From: Deltaproteobacteria bacterium
GTDB taxonomy: Bacteria > Desulfobacterota > Desulfobacteria > Desulfobacterales > QNYZ01
Length of the DNA: 64,000 bases
Assembly: GCA_003973265.1 (NCBI GenBank)
Contig: QNYZ01000036.1
Location: 3,434-67,433, forward strand
Direction: 5' to 3'
Part shown: positions 37,217 through 45,865 of the stretch, piece by piece
How positions within the stretch are numbered: position 1 is the first letter of the stretch
Layout of the letters: every line of letters begins with the position of its first letter
The notes under the pieces: model-generated
What the model was told of the DNA's origin: nothing
The model's input: the letters and a program-made list of their open reading frames with translations, nothing else
The model's database searches: none
Translations under genes and position numbers: made by a program

Positions 37217-37702
37217 TTAGGCCGGGATATCAAGAATCGTCATCTCGTGCCCGGTGGCTTCCATAAAGCGCCTGATATCTTCCCTTGAGATTACCAGCGT
37301 ACTGGTGTTTACCAGCGGGTGAAAGAGGAAGGATCCCGATTTCCATAAATCTCTGTCGATAACCACTTCTACCGCCCGCTGCGCATCGTTGTAAACCGCC
37401 AGCAGGGATACAGCCCCCGGCATGACCCCCAGGTATTTTTTCAGCCGCCGGGGGGAACCGAAACTGATCCGCTTTATGCCTAACATATTCTTAAGCGCCT
37501 TGAGGTTGACCTTTTTATCGCTTCTCACCAGGACCAGGAAATGGCGTTTGCCCTTGTCGTCTCTTAAAAAGAGATTTTTAGTTTTTGCGCCCGGTAGTTC
37601 AGGTACCAGCCGGTCGGCTTCCTCGACAGTAAAGACAGCCGGGTGGTCATGCCTTGTATAGGTTATCTGGTGAGAATCAAGAAATTCATAAAATTCCGTC
37701 AT
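37217..37702 (-). CDS. YbaK/ProX-type aminoacyl-tRNA editing (deacylase) domain protein
   Basis: 161 aa. ...HPAVFTVEEA...GAKTKNLFLRDDKGKRHFLVLV...KVNLKAL...LGVMPGAVSLL is typical of prolyl-tRNA-synthetase-associated editing domains. Confidence 0.75.
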   Translation of the reverse strand: MTEFYEFLDSHQITYTRHDHPAVFTVEEADRLVPELPGAKTKNLFLRDDKGKRHFLVLVRSDKKVNLKALKNMLGIKRISFGSPRRLKKYLGVMPGAVSLLAVYNDAQRAVEVVIDRDLWKSGSFLFHPLVNTSTLVISREDIRRFMEATGHEMTILDIPA

Positions 37703-38149
37703 TAAATTACCCTCTCTGGGGCTGGATCAAAACTTGCATGGTGACGATCTATCTTGAAATAATCCGCCACCCGCATAGTGATTTCAGAAAATATTTCACG
37801 GCACCGAATTCATAGATCCTGTCGACTACATGCCCTATTGTGTAATCAGAAAATTTCCATGGATATTTTTTTCTCCAGATTTATTTCTGTCTCCGGGTAC
37901 TTAAAGATATTATCCAGGCGATATAAAAGACTTCTTTCTGTTTATTGGCGAATACCTTCTACAGAAAACGACCCTTTGATTTGTCGTGCCTGCGGGCCCG
38001 GATCAAAGTCGATCCCGAAGTCTATTAAGGTTAACATACTGCTTATTGGAGAAGAAAGCGTAAGCAATATGCTGTTAAATAAAAATGGCGGCACTCGCCC
38101 CTGCCTTAGCTGAACTTGTTTTTTCATGCACGCCTGCCGAAAGGGCATG

Positions 38150-38602
38150 TTATGGCATGGTTGCCTTTCGAGCAAAATTCCCAAGTGCTTTTTCTATATT
38201 GGCAAGCACTTTATCACAGCCGGTAATCTCGTGTCGTTTCTTCAGGTAGATGGGGGTATTATAAGATAGCCATACCTGACCGTCGGCATCTTCCCAGATG
38301 AGCGCTTTTTGAGGAAGATCAATCGCCACACGTTGCGCACATTGCATCAAAGGTGTTCCTGCTTTTGGATTGCCAAATATAACGAGTTCAGTGGGCCGCA
38401 AGTCTTTGCCTACTTTTTTAGCTCCCCTGGAATGGTCGATCCGGATAAACACCGTCATGCCTTTTTCCTTCAGAACAGATTCAAGGCGATCGGCTGTCAT
38501 CTTGACGCCATGAGCGCTTTTTATGTTGATCAAGCCATCACTGCCGGCCAGAGCAGGTGAAACAAAGACAAACGCCAATAAAAAAATGAACAATGAGCGC
38601 AT
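38150..38602 (-). CDS. DUF302 domain protein with a signal peptide
   Basis: MRSLFIFLLAFVFVSPALA followed by GMTVFIRIDHSRGAKKVGKDLRPTELVIFGNPKAGTPLMQ, the canonical DUF302 core. Confidence 0.75.
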   Translation of the reverse strand: MRSLFIFLLAFVFVSPALAGSDGLINIKSAHGVKMTADRLESVLKEKGMTVFIRIDHSRGAKKVGKDLRPTELVIFGNPKAGTPLMQCAQRVAIDLPQKALIWEDADGQVWLSYNTPIYLKKRHEITGCDKVLANIEKALGNFARKATMP

Positions 38603-39003
38603 AATTTTCCTCCTTTTAATTTAAAGCCCTGTTACCAACCTTAATGCCTTTTTAAGGCATTGCAAGTCACACAATAGGTTCAGGCCCAGGTCAACAGGCG
38701 AAGCTTCATTCTGAATGGTGCCATCCCTTTACGAACTAAAGGCTGGAGTGAACGGATTGCCGGTACAAGGTACATGCGCCAGAACTGTCGGCTCGCACAG
38801 GTGCTGTTTGATGATGTCCTCATCAGGCCAGAGAGACAAAGAGGTATCTGGCATCTCACCACCCACACAGGGTATGGATAGAATACCTGCCAATGGCAAC
38901 CGGCAGCTATCCGGTGGGATAAAAGCCGGGTTTTGAGTTCGGCTCAACAAAAATATTCCGGGATATTCGTGACGATTGTGACGGTAATGCTTGCCGCCTG
39001 CTT

Positions 39004-39615
39004 TCAGATTTTCACCAGGTGGTATATCAGATCTACTGCCGCTTCCATCTCCAGCCGGCCCATGTTCAGCACGAGATGATAGAGGCTCGGGCTGTCGTAG
39101 TCCTGTTTTCCCAGTTTTCGGTAAAGGATCGAACGGCGACGATCCTCGGAATTGATCATCTGGATCGCCTGCCTTTCAGACAGCTTGTAATTTTTTTTCA
39201 AAAATTCGGTCCGGTTTTCAACATCGTTGATAAGCAGCACATGATAGGCATCCGGATGGTCATTCAGGACATACTGACTGCCCCTTCCCATAATCACCGC
39301 ATCGCCTTCATCCGCAATCTGGGCGATGATCAGCACAAGGTAGTCGATATAAATTTTCTCGTTCAAATAACCTCGTTTGCTTTTCGACACACGATCAGCC
39401 GGAGGCTGTGAAACCATTTTGGAAACCACCCGGCTCACGCGACTGTCGGCTTCATGTTCAAACGATGTCACCCAGTCAGTCGATACATTGGCTTCCCTGG
39501 CAATGCGCTGAATGATATCACTGTCAGCAAAAATATAATTTAATTTATCTGCCAGCAGCTTTCCCAGCGTTTTCCCGCCTGAACCATACTGCCTTGAAAT
39601 GGTAACGACTGCCAT
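39004..39615 (-). CDS. Cytidylate kinase-like family (Cytidylate_kin2) P-loop protein
   Basis: AAGGAG RBS before ATG 39615. Contains MAVVTISRQYGSGGKTLGKLLADKLNYIFADSDII. The track ORF's 49-aa 5' extension is judged an artefact. Confidence 0.75.
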   Translation of the reverse strand: MAVVTISRQYGSGGKTLGKLLADKLNYIFADSDIIQRIAREANVSTDWVTSFEHEADSRVSRVVSKMVSQPPADRVSKSKRGYLNEKIYIDYLVLIIAQIADEGDAVIMGRGSQYVLNDHPDAYHVLLINDVENRTEFLKKNYKLSERQAIQMINSEDRRRSILYRKLGKQDYDSPSLYHLVLNMGRLEMEAAVDLIYHLVKI

Positions 39616-39789
39616 CAAAATCTCCTTGTTTTCACCATTGTTTTTTGTGCCGGACTGAATAAAGCAGGTTGAAATCGATGATTTTTCCGCCAGGATTTGC
39701 GGGGCGCTGCACGGCAGCTTTTCCCGCCAGATGCTTTTGATAGAGGCTCCCGCCACACTCATCGTTGCCTGTATTTACAGGCCTGCGTT

Positions 39790-40194
39790 TCATGTCGGAT
39801 GCGAACTCAACATCCTTTTAATCACCCCGGCCAGTTCTTCTGGCTCAACCGGCTTTTCAATATAGGTCTCCGGCTCCGGGATTTTTTCGCCGCCGAATTC
39901 AGTCAGCGCATTCTGGGATCGCAGAAATGTTCTTTTGGTAATCCCGGACAACATTATCACCTTGACATTTTTTAAGGATTTATCGGTCTTGAGTTCCCGG
40001 TACAGACGGATGCCGCTCTGTCTTGGCATCAATACATCCAGAATAACCAGATCCGGTGCTTCTTCCTTGATCATTTTCAAGCCCTGTTCTCCGTTTTCCG
40101 CCTCTACCGGAATAAAGCCACTTTCTTCTACAACGGTTGCATTAAACAATCGGGCATCCGGATCGTCATCGACAATCAACACTTTCCTGCTCAT
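39790..40194 (-). CDS. Single-domain response regulator (CheY-like receiver)
   Basis: KVLIVDDDPDARL...DLVILDVLMPRQSG...IMLSG, with no output domain. Confidence 0.85.
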   Translation of the reverse strand: MSRKVLIVDDDPDARLFNATVVEESGFIPVEAENGEQGLKMIKEEAPDLVILDVLMPRQSGIRLYRELKTDKSLKNVKVIMLSGITKRTFLRSQNALTEFGGEKIPEPETYIEKPVEPEELAGVIKRMLSSHPT

Positions 40195-40307
40195 TTAACC
40201 TTCCTCCCTATGTTTTGCGCGAGGCCAATAATAGCGTTTTTCAGAGCCCGCAACGCGTATATCAAAATAGAACAACCTTTTCGCCAATGGCATCATCGTT
40301 CTCCGGG

Positions 40308-43301
40308 TCAGTCGTTTGCATCATCCTGTCTTATTGGAATACGGATGGAAAATACAGTTCCTTTTCCCGGTGTAGATGATACGTCTATGGTTCCCCCATG
40401 CTCTTCAATTAATTTTCGGGTAACCAGTAGGCCCAGGCCCGTCCCCTTAACCCCCTTGGTGCTGAAAAATGACATAAACAGCCTGGATTTTATTTCCTCA
40501 TCCATGCCGGTACCGTTGTCCTTGACGTCAAGCCGAAGCGATACGTTATCTTCAATGCTGGTTTTAATGGTTACCTGATATTTTTTACCTGCCGTATCAT
40601 CAAAATAACAGGCGTCAATGGCATTGGAGACTAAATTCATCAGGCAGCGATGCACGCTTCTTTCGTCCAGCATCATATTACCGACTGCCGGAGATAAATC
40701 TTTCACCAGCGTCACAGCATGCTCAGCCGCATTTTCCGCCACGACATCCATCACATCCGCCACAATCTCGTTCGGCTGGCTCCACTGAAATTCCGGCTCC
40801 CGTTCTTTGGAATAGCTGAGTAGATCCATAACAAGATTAGATGTGCGGTCGATGTTCCGCTGGATCATTTCCCACCCATTTTTTACCTTATCAAAATTAT
40901 TGCTGTCAATGCCGACATTGAGCAGATAGCTTCCCCCTTTATACCCGTTCAGAATATTTTTAATGCAATGCGCCATACCGGCAACGGTCTGGCCCACTGC
41001 CGCCAGTTGTTCTGAATGGATCAGCTCTCTTTCAAGGCGTTTTATTTCACGCAGATCCTGAAAGAAAACAACGCTTCCCATAACTTTACCGCCGCTGTAG
41101 AGCAGGGCGCCTGAATACATAACCGGGATAAGTGTCTGGTCATTTGAACGGATCGCTGTTTCTTCCCAGGGTTGATCTTCAAGCGACCTGGCAGTCGGCC
41201 GGTCTTTTAATAAAGAATCAATAACTTCTTCGGGGAAAATATCCCTCGCGTCTATTTTATCAACCACATCTTGATGTCTGAGACCGAACAGTTCCTGCGC
41301 CTCGGGGTTGAAAACGACAATTTTCCAGGTGTGATCGGTGGCCACAATCCCGTTGTTTGAGCTTCTGATCAGCTTCGATTGAAAATAGACTTTCTCTTTC
41401 AATTCTTCCTGGAGAATTGAATTTTCAATCGCCACCCCGATCCGGTTTCCGGTTAATTCCAGCAGATTTTTTTGTGCGTCCGTATATTTTTTAACCGAGC
41501 GGCTTCCCGACCGAATAATACCAAATGTATTTTTTTCCCTGTCAAAAATGGGCACATACGCTACAGATTTAAGGTTTTCGTTCTTCAGCATCTGAAGCTC
41601 GCTGTTTTTACTGAAATCCAGGTTTTTAAATATGGAGAGCCTTCCCTTTTGTGCCACCTTATAAATCATGCTGTTTTTATCAGCGATGGGCATTTTCCGG
41701 CAGATATTGCCGCAAACCCCGTAATTGTATTTCAGGTGGTAGAGGCCATCTTTTCCGGTAAGGTAGATACACAAAAAATCCGATTCAAGGATTTCGGCAA
41801 TCTGCCGGATGGTCAGGTTAATCCGGAAATCAATATCCAGTGGCGCCCCAAGGGTCTGGTAGATCGAACATAACGTCTGCAGTTCGTGGTTGCGGCGTTT
41901 CCTTTCTTCTTCGGCCTGTTTGTCTTCGGTCTTGTCCCAGAGAGTTTCAATCACGCCCACGGTCTTTCCGTTTGTGTCCAGGATCGGTGCAGCGGTAAAC
42001 CAGCACCATTTTCCATTTTTACCCAGATTGGGTAAAAACATTTCGGCTTCATACCCGCCTCGGGTCAGGGATGATTGTCGCCACTTGCCTTGATAGAGCG
42101 ATCTGATCTTTTCTTCCGAAAACTTGTCGAGAATGGCATCGGCCATGGATGGCCGCTCGGTTTTCCAGAAAGGCACCCATTGCTTATTGGTCCCCACGAT
42201 GTCTTCGGCTTTGTATCCGGAGAGTTTTTCCATGGCCCTGTTCCAGTGTGTCACCATATGGTCTTTATTGATCACGAATGTGGGAACAGAACTTCCTTCA
42301 ATTACCTGGGCCATTTCCTGCTGGGCGGCTGTCAGCATTTTATTTTGCCGGATGGTTTCTTCAGCCGCTTTTTTCAGTGAGGTCCGGTCCTGGAGGGTTT
42401 CGATGGCACCGATAATCTGCCCCTCTGCCCCCTTGATCGGTGCGGCGGTAAAAAACAGCCACAAACCGTCTTCCCCGAGATCAGGAAAAAATTCTTCCGC
42501 TTCGTAGGCCCCGTCAATCAGGGAGGATCGGTTCCATTTTTTCCCATAGTATTTCAGGGCGTCCTTCCGGTTGATCCCGTCCAGAACCAGGTCCGCCATA
42601 GTGGGACGTTTCTTTTTCCGAAAGGGTTTCCACTGGTCACGGGTGCCGATGACTTTTTCCGCCGGGAACCCGGTTAGCTTTTCACAGGCACGATTCCAGT
42701 GGGTAACAATATGCTCCTGATTGATGACAAAGGTCGGGATGATATTTCCCTCGATAATCTGGTCGAGCTCTTTTTTGTTCCTGTTCAACTCCCGCTCAAT
42801 GGTTTCATAGCGTTCGCATCGGCCCTGGACAAGCTGGCCGACATTATCGGCAAACCGGGTAAACAGAGATACCATGTCCGCTCTGGACATCTTTTTCTGT
42901 TCAACGACTTGCAGGATTTTGGCTTTTTCCGCCTCGATGAGCAGTGAGGACCAGAGGGTCCGACTCTTAATCTGGTCGATCAATTGAATCCCGTCCGGTT
43001 TTGTGTTTGAAATATCACTGGCGATTTTGGGGTTGTTGGTAATCTCAATCAGAACCCGAAGCCCCTTCAATCTATACAAGTCCCTGTAATCATCGGTCGT
43101 ATAGATTCCATTCTGACGCGCATAATGAATGCCCACGGCCTGGTCGTCAATGTCGGCTACGCCCAGAATTTCCGGTTTTTTCCCTGGAAAACAGTCAGAT
43201 AATAGCAATTCGAGTAACTGCTTGCAAAATTTCCCCCCACCCACGATGGCAATGGGGGTCTGGTTCGAGATCGCAATGATCGATCTGGATGCCGGTCTCA
43301 T
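40308..43301 (-). CDS. Multi-PAS/GAF sensor histidine kinase with an N-terminal Rossmann-like domain
   Basis: 997 aa. The N-terminus PIAIVGGGKFCKQLLELLL...EILGVADID...GIYTTDDYRDL...VLIEITN has a dinucleotide-binding-fold-like pattern. Two near-duplicate PAS units follow (PTFVINQEHIVTHWNRACEKLTGF / PTFVINKDHMVTHWNRAMEKLSGY), then a GAF-like region, another PAS, the H-box AAVGQTVAGMAHCIKN, the N-box NLVSNAIDA and the G-boxes DNGTGMD / GTGLGL. Confidence 0.85.
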   Translation of the reverse strand: MRPASRSIIAISNQTPIAIVGGGKFCKQLLELLLSDCFPGKKPEILGVADIDDQAVGIHYARQNGIYTTDDYRDLYRLKGLRVLIEITNNPKIASDISNTKPDGIQLIDQIKSRTLWSSLLIEAEKAKILQVVEQKKMSRADMVSLFTRFADNVGQLVQGRCERYETIERELNRNKKELDQIIEGNIIPTFVINQEHIVTHWNRACEKLTGFPAEKVIGTRDQWKPFRKKKRPTMADLVLDGINRKDALKYYGKKWNRSSLIDGAYEAEEFFPDLGEDGLWLFFTAAPIKGAEGQIIGAIETLQDRTSLKKAAEETIRQNKMLTAAQQEMAQVIEGSSVPTFVINKDHMVTHWNRAMEKLSGYKAEDIVGTNKQWVPFWKTERPSMADAILDKFSEEKIRSLYQGKWRQSSLTRGGYEAEMFLPNLGKNGKWCWFTAAPILDTNGKTVGVIETLWDKTEDKQAEEERKRRNHELQTLCSIYQTLGAPLDIDFRINLTIRQIAEILESDFLCIYLTGKDGLYHLKYNYGVCGNICRKMPIADKNSMIYKVAQKGRLSIFKNLDFSKNSELQMLKNENLKSVAYVPIFDREKNTFGIIRSGSRSVKKYTDAQKNLLELTGNRIGVAIENSILQEELKEKVYFQSKLIRSSNNGIVATDHTWKIVVFNPEAQELFGLRHQDVVDKIDARDIFPEEVIDSLLKDRPTARSLEDQPWEETAIRSNDQTLIPVMYSGALLYSGGKVMGSVVFFQDLREIKRLERELIHSEQLAAVGQTVAGMAHCIKNILNGYKGGSYLLNVGIDSNNFDKVKNGWEMIQRNIDRTSNLVMDLLSYSKEREPEFQWSQPNEIVADVMDVVAENAAEHAVTLVKDLSPAVGNMMLDERSVHRCLMNLVSNAIDACYFDDTAGKKYQVTIKTSIEDNVSLRLDVKDNGTGMDEEIKSRLFMSFFSTKGVKGTGLGLLVTRKLIEEHGGTIDVSSTPGKGTVFSIRIPIRQDDAND

Positions 43302-43519
43302 GGCCCCCTTTCCTCCACCGGATTGGCAGGTATAAAAAATACTTTATTTGTGATAGATATCAGGGATCTCAAAATCAACTCCGCTTTGTGTCGTAGAAGG
43401 CAGGAAAAAAATAGAACAAAATCGTTCCGGGGAATCTGAATAAACTATCATAACAAAACGGGTCTATCAAGAATTTAAAGCCGTTTTCAAAACCGATAAA
43501 TGAAAGCCCATATATCTTT

Positions 43520-44179
43520 ATGTTTGATCCGCGCACAAAACTGATTCTCACTTTTTTATATGCCATCTTTGTCGGCGTTACCGGGCAATTCTATTTACTG
43601 GCCGGGCAATGGATACTCCTGGCGATATTGATCGCCGGCCTGAAACAGATACGGGTGTATCTGCGCTGGCTACGCCTGGTAATCCCCATGGCGCTCTTTT
43701 TCGGTGGAGTCACCTGGTGGGCAGCCGGTGCGGCGGCGGGCGGGTTTGCCGCGTTGAAGCTGCTGACGCTTACCACGATTTTTTTTCTTTTTTTTGCTGT
43801 AACAGCGCCCGAGGACATGGCCAACTCTCTGGTTAAGGTAGGGCTTCCGTTTACGGCCGCGTTTGTGTTTTCCACCGCGATGCAGTTTGTACCGGTTATT
43901 GGCCGCAAAGCCCGGAATATTCTGGACGCCCAGCAGGCGCGGGGGATATCGATGTCACCGGGATGGGCGGCGCTCCGCCGCTATCCTGCGTTCTTGATTC
44001 CTCTGCTGATACAATCGTTTCAGCTGGCAGAGGAACTGGCCGAAGCCATGGAAGCCCGGGGGTTCAACCGGAAAGGGCGGACCTTCCTAAAAACGTATCA
44101 TTTACAATGGAGGGACTGGTCCGCTATTGTTGGCGGAGGTATTTTGATATTTATTTTTTTAGCGGGCCGCTTTGGATAG
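43520..44179 (+). CDS. Energy-coupling-factor transporter transmembrane component (EcfT/CbiQ family), orphan
   Basis: MFDPRTKLILTFLYAIFV... and ARNILDAQQARG (the conserved coupling-helix Arg region). No ECF ATPase or S component is adjacent. Confidence 0.7.
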   Translation: MFDPRTKLILTFLYAIFVGVTGQFYLLAGQWILLAILIAGLKQIRVYLRWLRLVIPMALFFGGVTWWAAGAAAGGFAALKLLTLTTIFFLFFAVTAPEDMANSLVKVGLPFTAAFVFSTAMQFVPVIGRKARNILDAQQARGISMSPGWAALRRYPAFLIPLLIQSFQLAEELAEAMEARGFNRKGRTFLKTYHLQWRDWSAIVGGGILIFIFLAGRFG

Positions 44180-44304
44180 GATGGGATCTTTTTGTATTTC
44201 TCTCCATCATTTTTATCTGAAATAAAAGCCGATTGATTTTTTAAGACCATTTTTTCCGGCAATTTCTAGTAACTGTTTTGTGTTTCGGTATACATTTTTC
44301 CGAT

Positions 44305-44610
44305 TTATTTTCTTTCCCTGTCAGCCCATGAAAAAGTTTCTTTCCGTGTTCCGACGGAAAAGCTTTCCGGCATGGCTTCGTTTTCAAGGACCGCCCTGAG
44401 TTTTTCTCCGGCGCTCCAGTCATTGGGTGTTTTCGGGATCTTGGGCATAATACCATCCGGTGAATTGGGGTAAACATAAGATGAAACGATTCCGGCTTTT
44501 CGAAGCCATTTAGAAAGCGTCGCCTGGGGGACATCAGACTGTTTGGACAGCGCCGTGGCCGACCCGGGATCGGGACCGGACATTTTTTGAATCATCCTGT
44601 TTTTGAACAT
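44305..44610 (-). mobile_element. Fragment of an IS transposase accessory (OrfA-like HTH) gene; no catalytic ORF or terminal repeats were found
   Basis: SATALSKQSDVPQATLSKWLRKAG (HTH) and PNDWSAGEKLRAVLENEAMPE resemble the N-terminal helper ORF of IS3-like elements. The reading frame ends abruptly and nothing transposase-like follows. Confidence 0.45.
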
Positions 44611-44641
44611 TTGCGAGTTCGGTATGGGCTCGAGGGGACAC

Positions 44642-45238
44642 CTATCCTGACACAGGGGGAAGTGTTTTAAAATACATATAGATTTTTTCAAGCTTGGGTT
44701 TTTGTTTTTTCTTTGATATTTCAACACTGCCGAATTCGAAAAATTTTACCTTTTTAATTCCAACGTAATTGAAGAGTGCTTTTTTCATCAGTATCTTGTG
44801 TGCGTTTCTTAAAAAAAACAGCGGGTAGTTTTTTGGACCTTTCATGGTTGAAATACATATTACAGATTTCCCTTTAAGCAGGGCTGCATGAGAATATTTA
44901 CCCGTATTCAGATAGGCGAAATGGGTTGAAAACAATTGATCAATATACCCGAGCAACATTGCCGGTGGCCGACCCCACCATATGGGATAGATAAAAACCA
45001 TTTTTTCAGCCCAGAGTATCTGTTCCCGGTAAGCTGCGAATTTTGGATCGGTGTGCATATCGCTACGCTTTTTATTCTCATCAAAAAAAAGAACCGGATC
45101 AAATTTTTCTTTATATAAATCAACTACTTTTACGTTTATTATACTTTCATTTTCTTTTATCCCTTTAAGTGTATGCTCTAAAAAGGCGTAATTTAAACTT
45201 TGATGATTCGGATGTGTATAGATAATAAGTATGTTCAT
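44642..45238 (-). CDS. Flavodoxin-like-fold NAD(P)H dehydrogenase (quinone) family protein
   Basis: MNILIIYTHPNHQSLNYAFLE...VVDLY...ILWAEKMVFIYPIWWGRPPAMLLGYIDQLF. The coding sequence is strongly AT-rich relative to the window. Confidence 0.8.
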   Translation of the reverse strand: MNILIIYTHPNHQSLNYAFLEHTLKGIKENESIINVKVVDLYKEKFDPVLFFDENKKRSDMHTDPKFAAYREQILWAEKMVFIYPIWWGRPPAMLLGYIDQLFSTHFAYLNTGKYSHAALLKGKSVICISTMKGPKNYPLFFLRNAHKILMKKALFNYVGIKKVKFFEFGSVEISKKKQKPKLEKIYMYFKTLPPVSG

Positions 45239-45254
45239 GTTGGCCCCTTTATGT

Positions 45255-45318
45255 TATCAAATGATACGTATCATAATGCACGGATAATTAATTGTCAAAT
45301 GATAATTATCAAATGATA
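45255..45318. promoter_or_regulatory. Three copies of the short palindrome TATCAaaTGATA (candidate MarR operators) in a divergent promoter region
   Basis: TATCAAATGATA at 45255-45266, TGTCAAATGATA at 45293-45304 and TATCAAATGATA at 45307-45318, between the NAD(P)H dehydrogenase and marR-family genes. Confidence 0.6.
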
Positions 45319-45358
45319 ATAAGTAAATCTTTTAATAAATTGGCCCCAGTGGAAGATT

Positions 45359-45790
45359 ATGGATAAAAAGTTATTTTTCCAAAATTTGATCCATTTTATC
45401 GGCACCGTACATGCCAGTACCCATTTTTTAATGAAGAATGCCCGTTCTGATGAAATTACACCGCAGCAGCACTCGATATTAGAGTATATTTTCTTCAACA
45501 AAGCAGTGACAACAAGTCAGGTAGCCGATTGTTTGAACATTTCCTTACCCAATGCCAGCAGGGAGTTAAAAAAGCTTTTAAATCTGGAACTGATTGTAAA
45601 GGTCGTTAATAATAAAGACAGGCGAACGAATACAATCCGTTTATCAGTTCAGGGACAAAACCTTATGCACCGCACGTTTGAAAGGATAGAAAAAAATTTT
45701 TGGGAAAGGTCAGGGGAAATGTCTGAAAAAGAGATGAAAGCCATTATTTCTTCCATAAAAATTCTTGAAAAAAAAATATTTATCCCCTGA
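45359..45790 (+). CDS. MarR-family transcriptional regulator
   Basis: 143 aa. ITPQQHSILEYIFFNKAVTTSQVADCLNISLPNASRELKKLLNLELIVKVVNNKDRRTNTIRLSVQG is a winged HTH with the DRR wing. Confidence 0.8.
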   Translation: MDKKLFFQNLIHFIGTVHASTHFLMKNARSDEITPQQHSILEYIFFNKAVTTSQVADCLNISLPNASRELKKLLNLELIVKVVNNKDRRTNTIRLSVQGQNLMHRTFERIEKNFWERSGEMSEKEMKAIISSIKILEKKIFIP

Positions 45791-45865
45791 TGAAATATCC
45801 TCGCGAGGAACCAGAATATTTACCGTATCTGTCAAAGGCTGCCTTCTCAGGCAAGGTATTTATTA

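Noticed and set aside
38680-38950. Overlapping 60-75-aa ORFs on both strands in the gap upstream of the DUF302 gene
   Set aside because: No frame gave a recognisable family. The region is reported as an unexplained gap rather than as genes.
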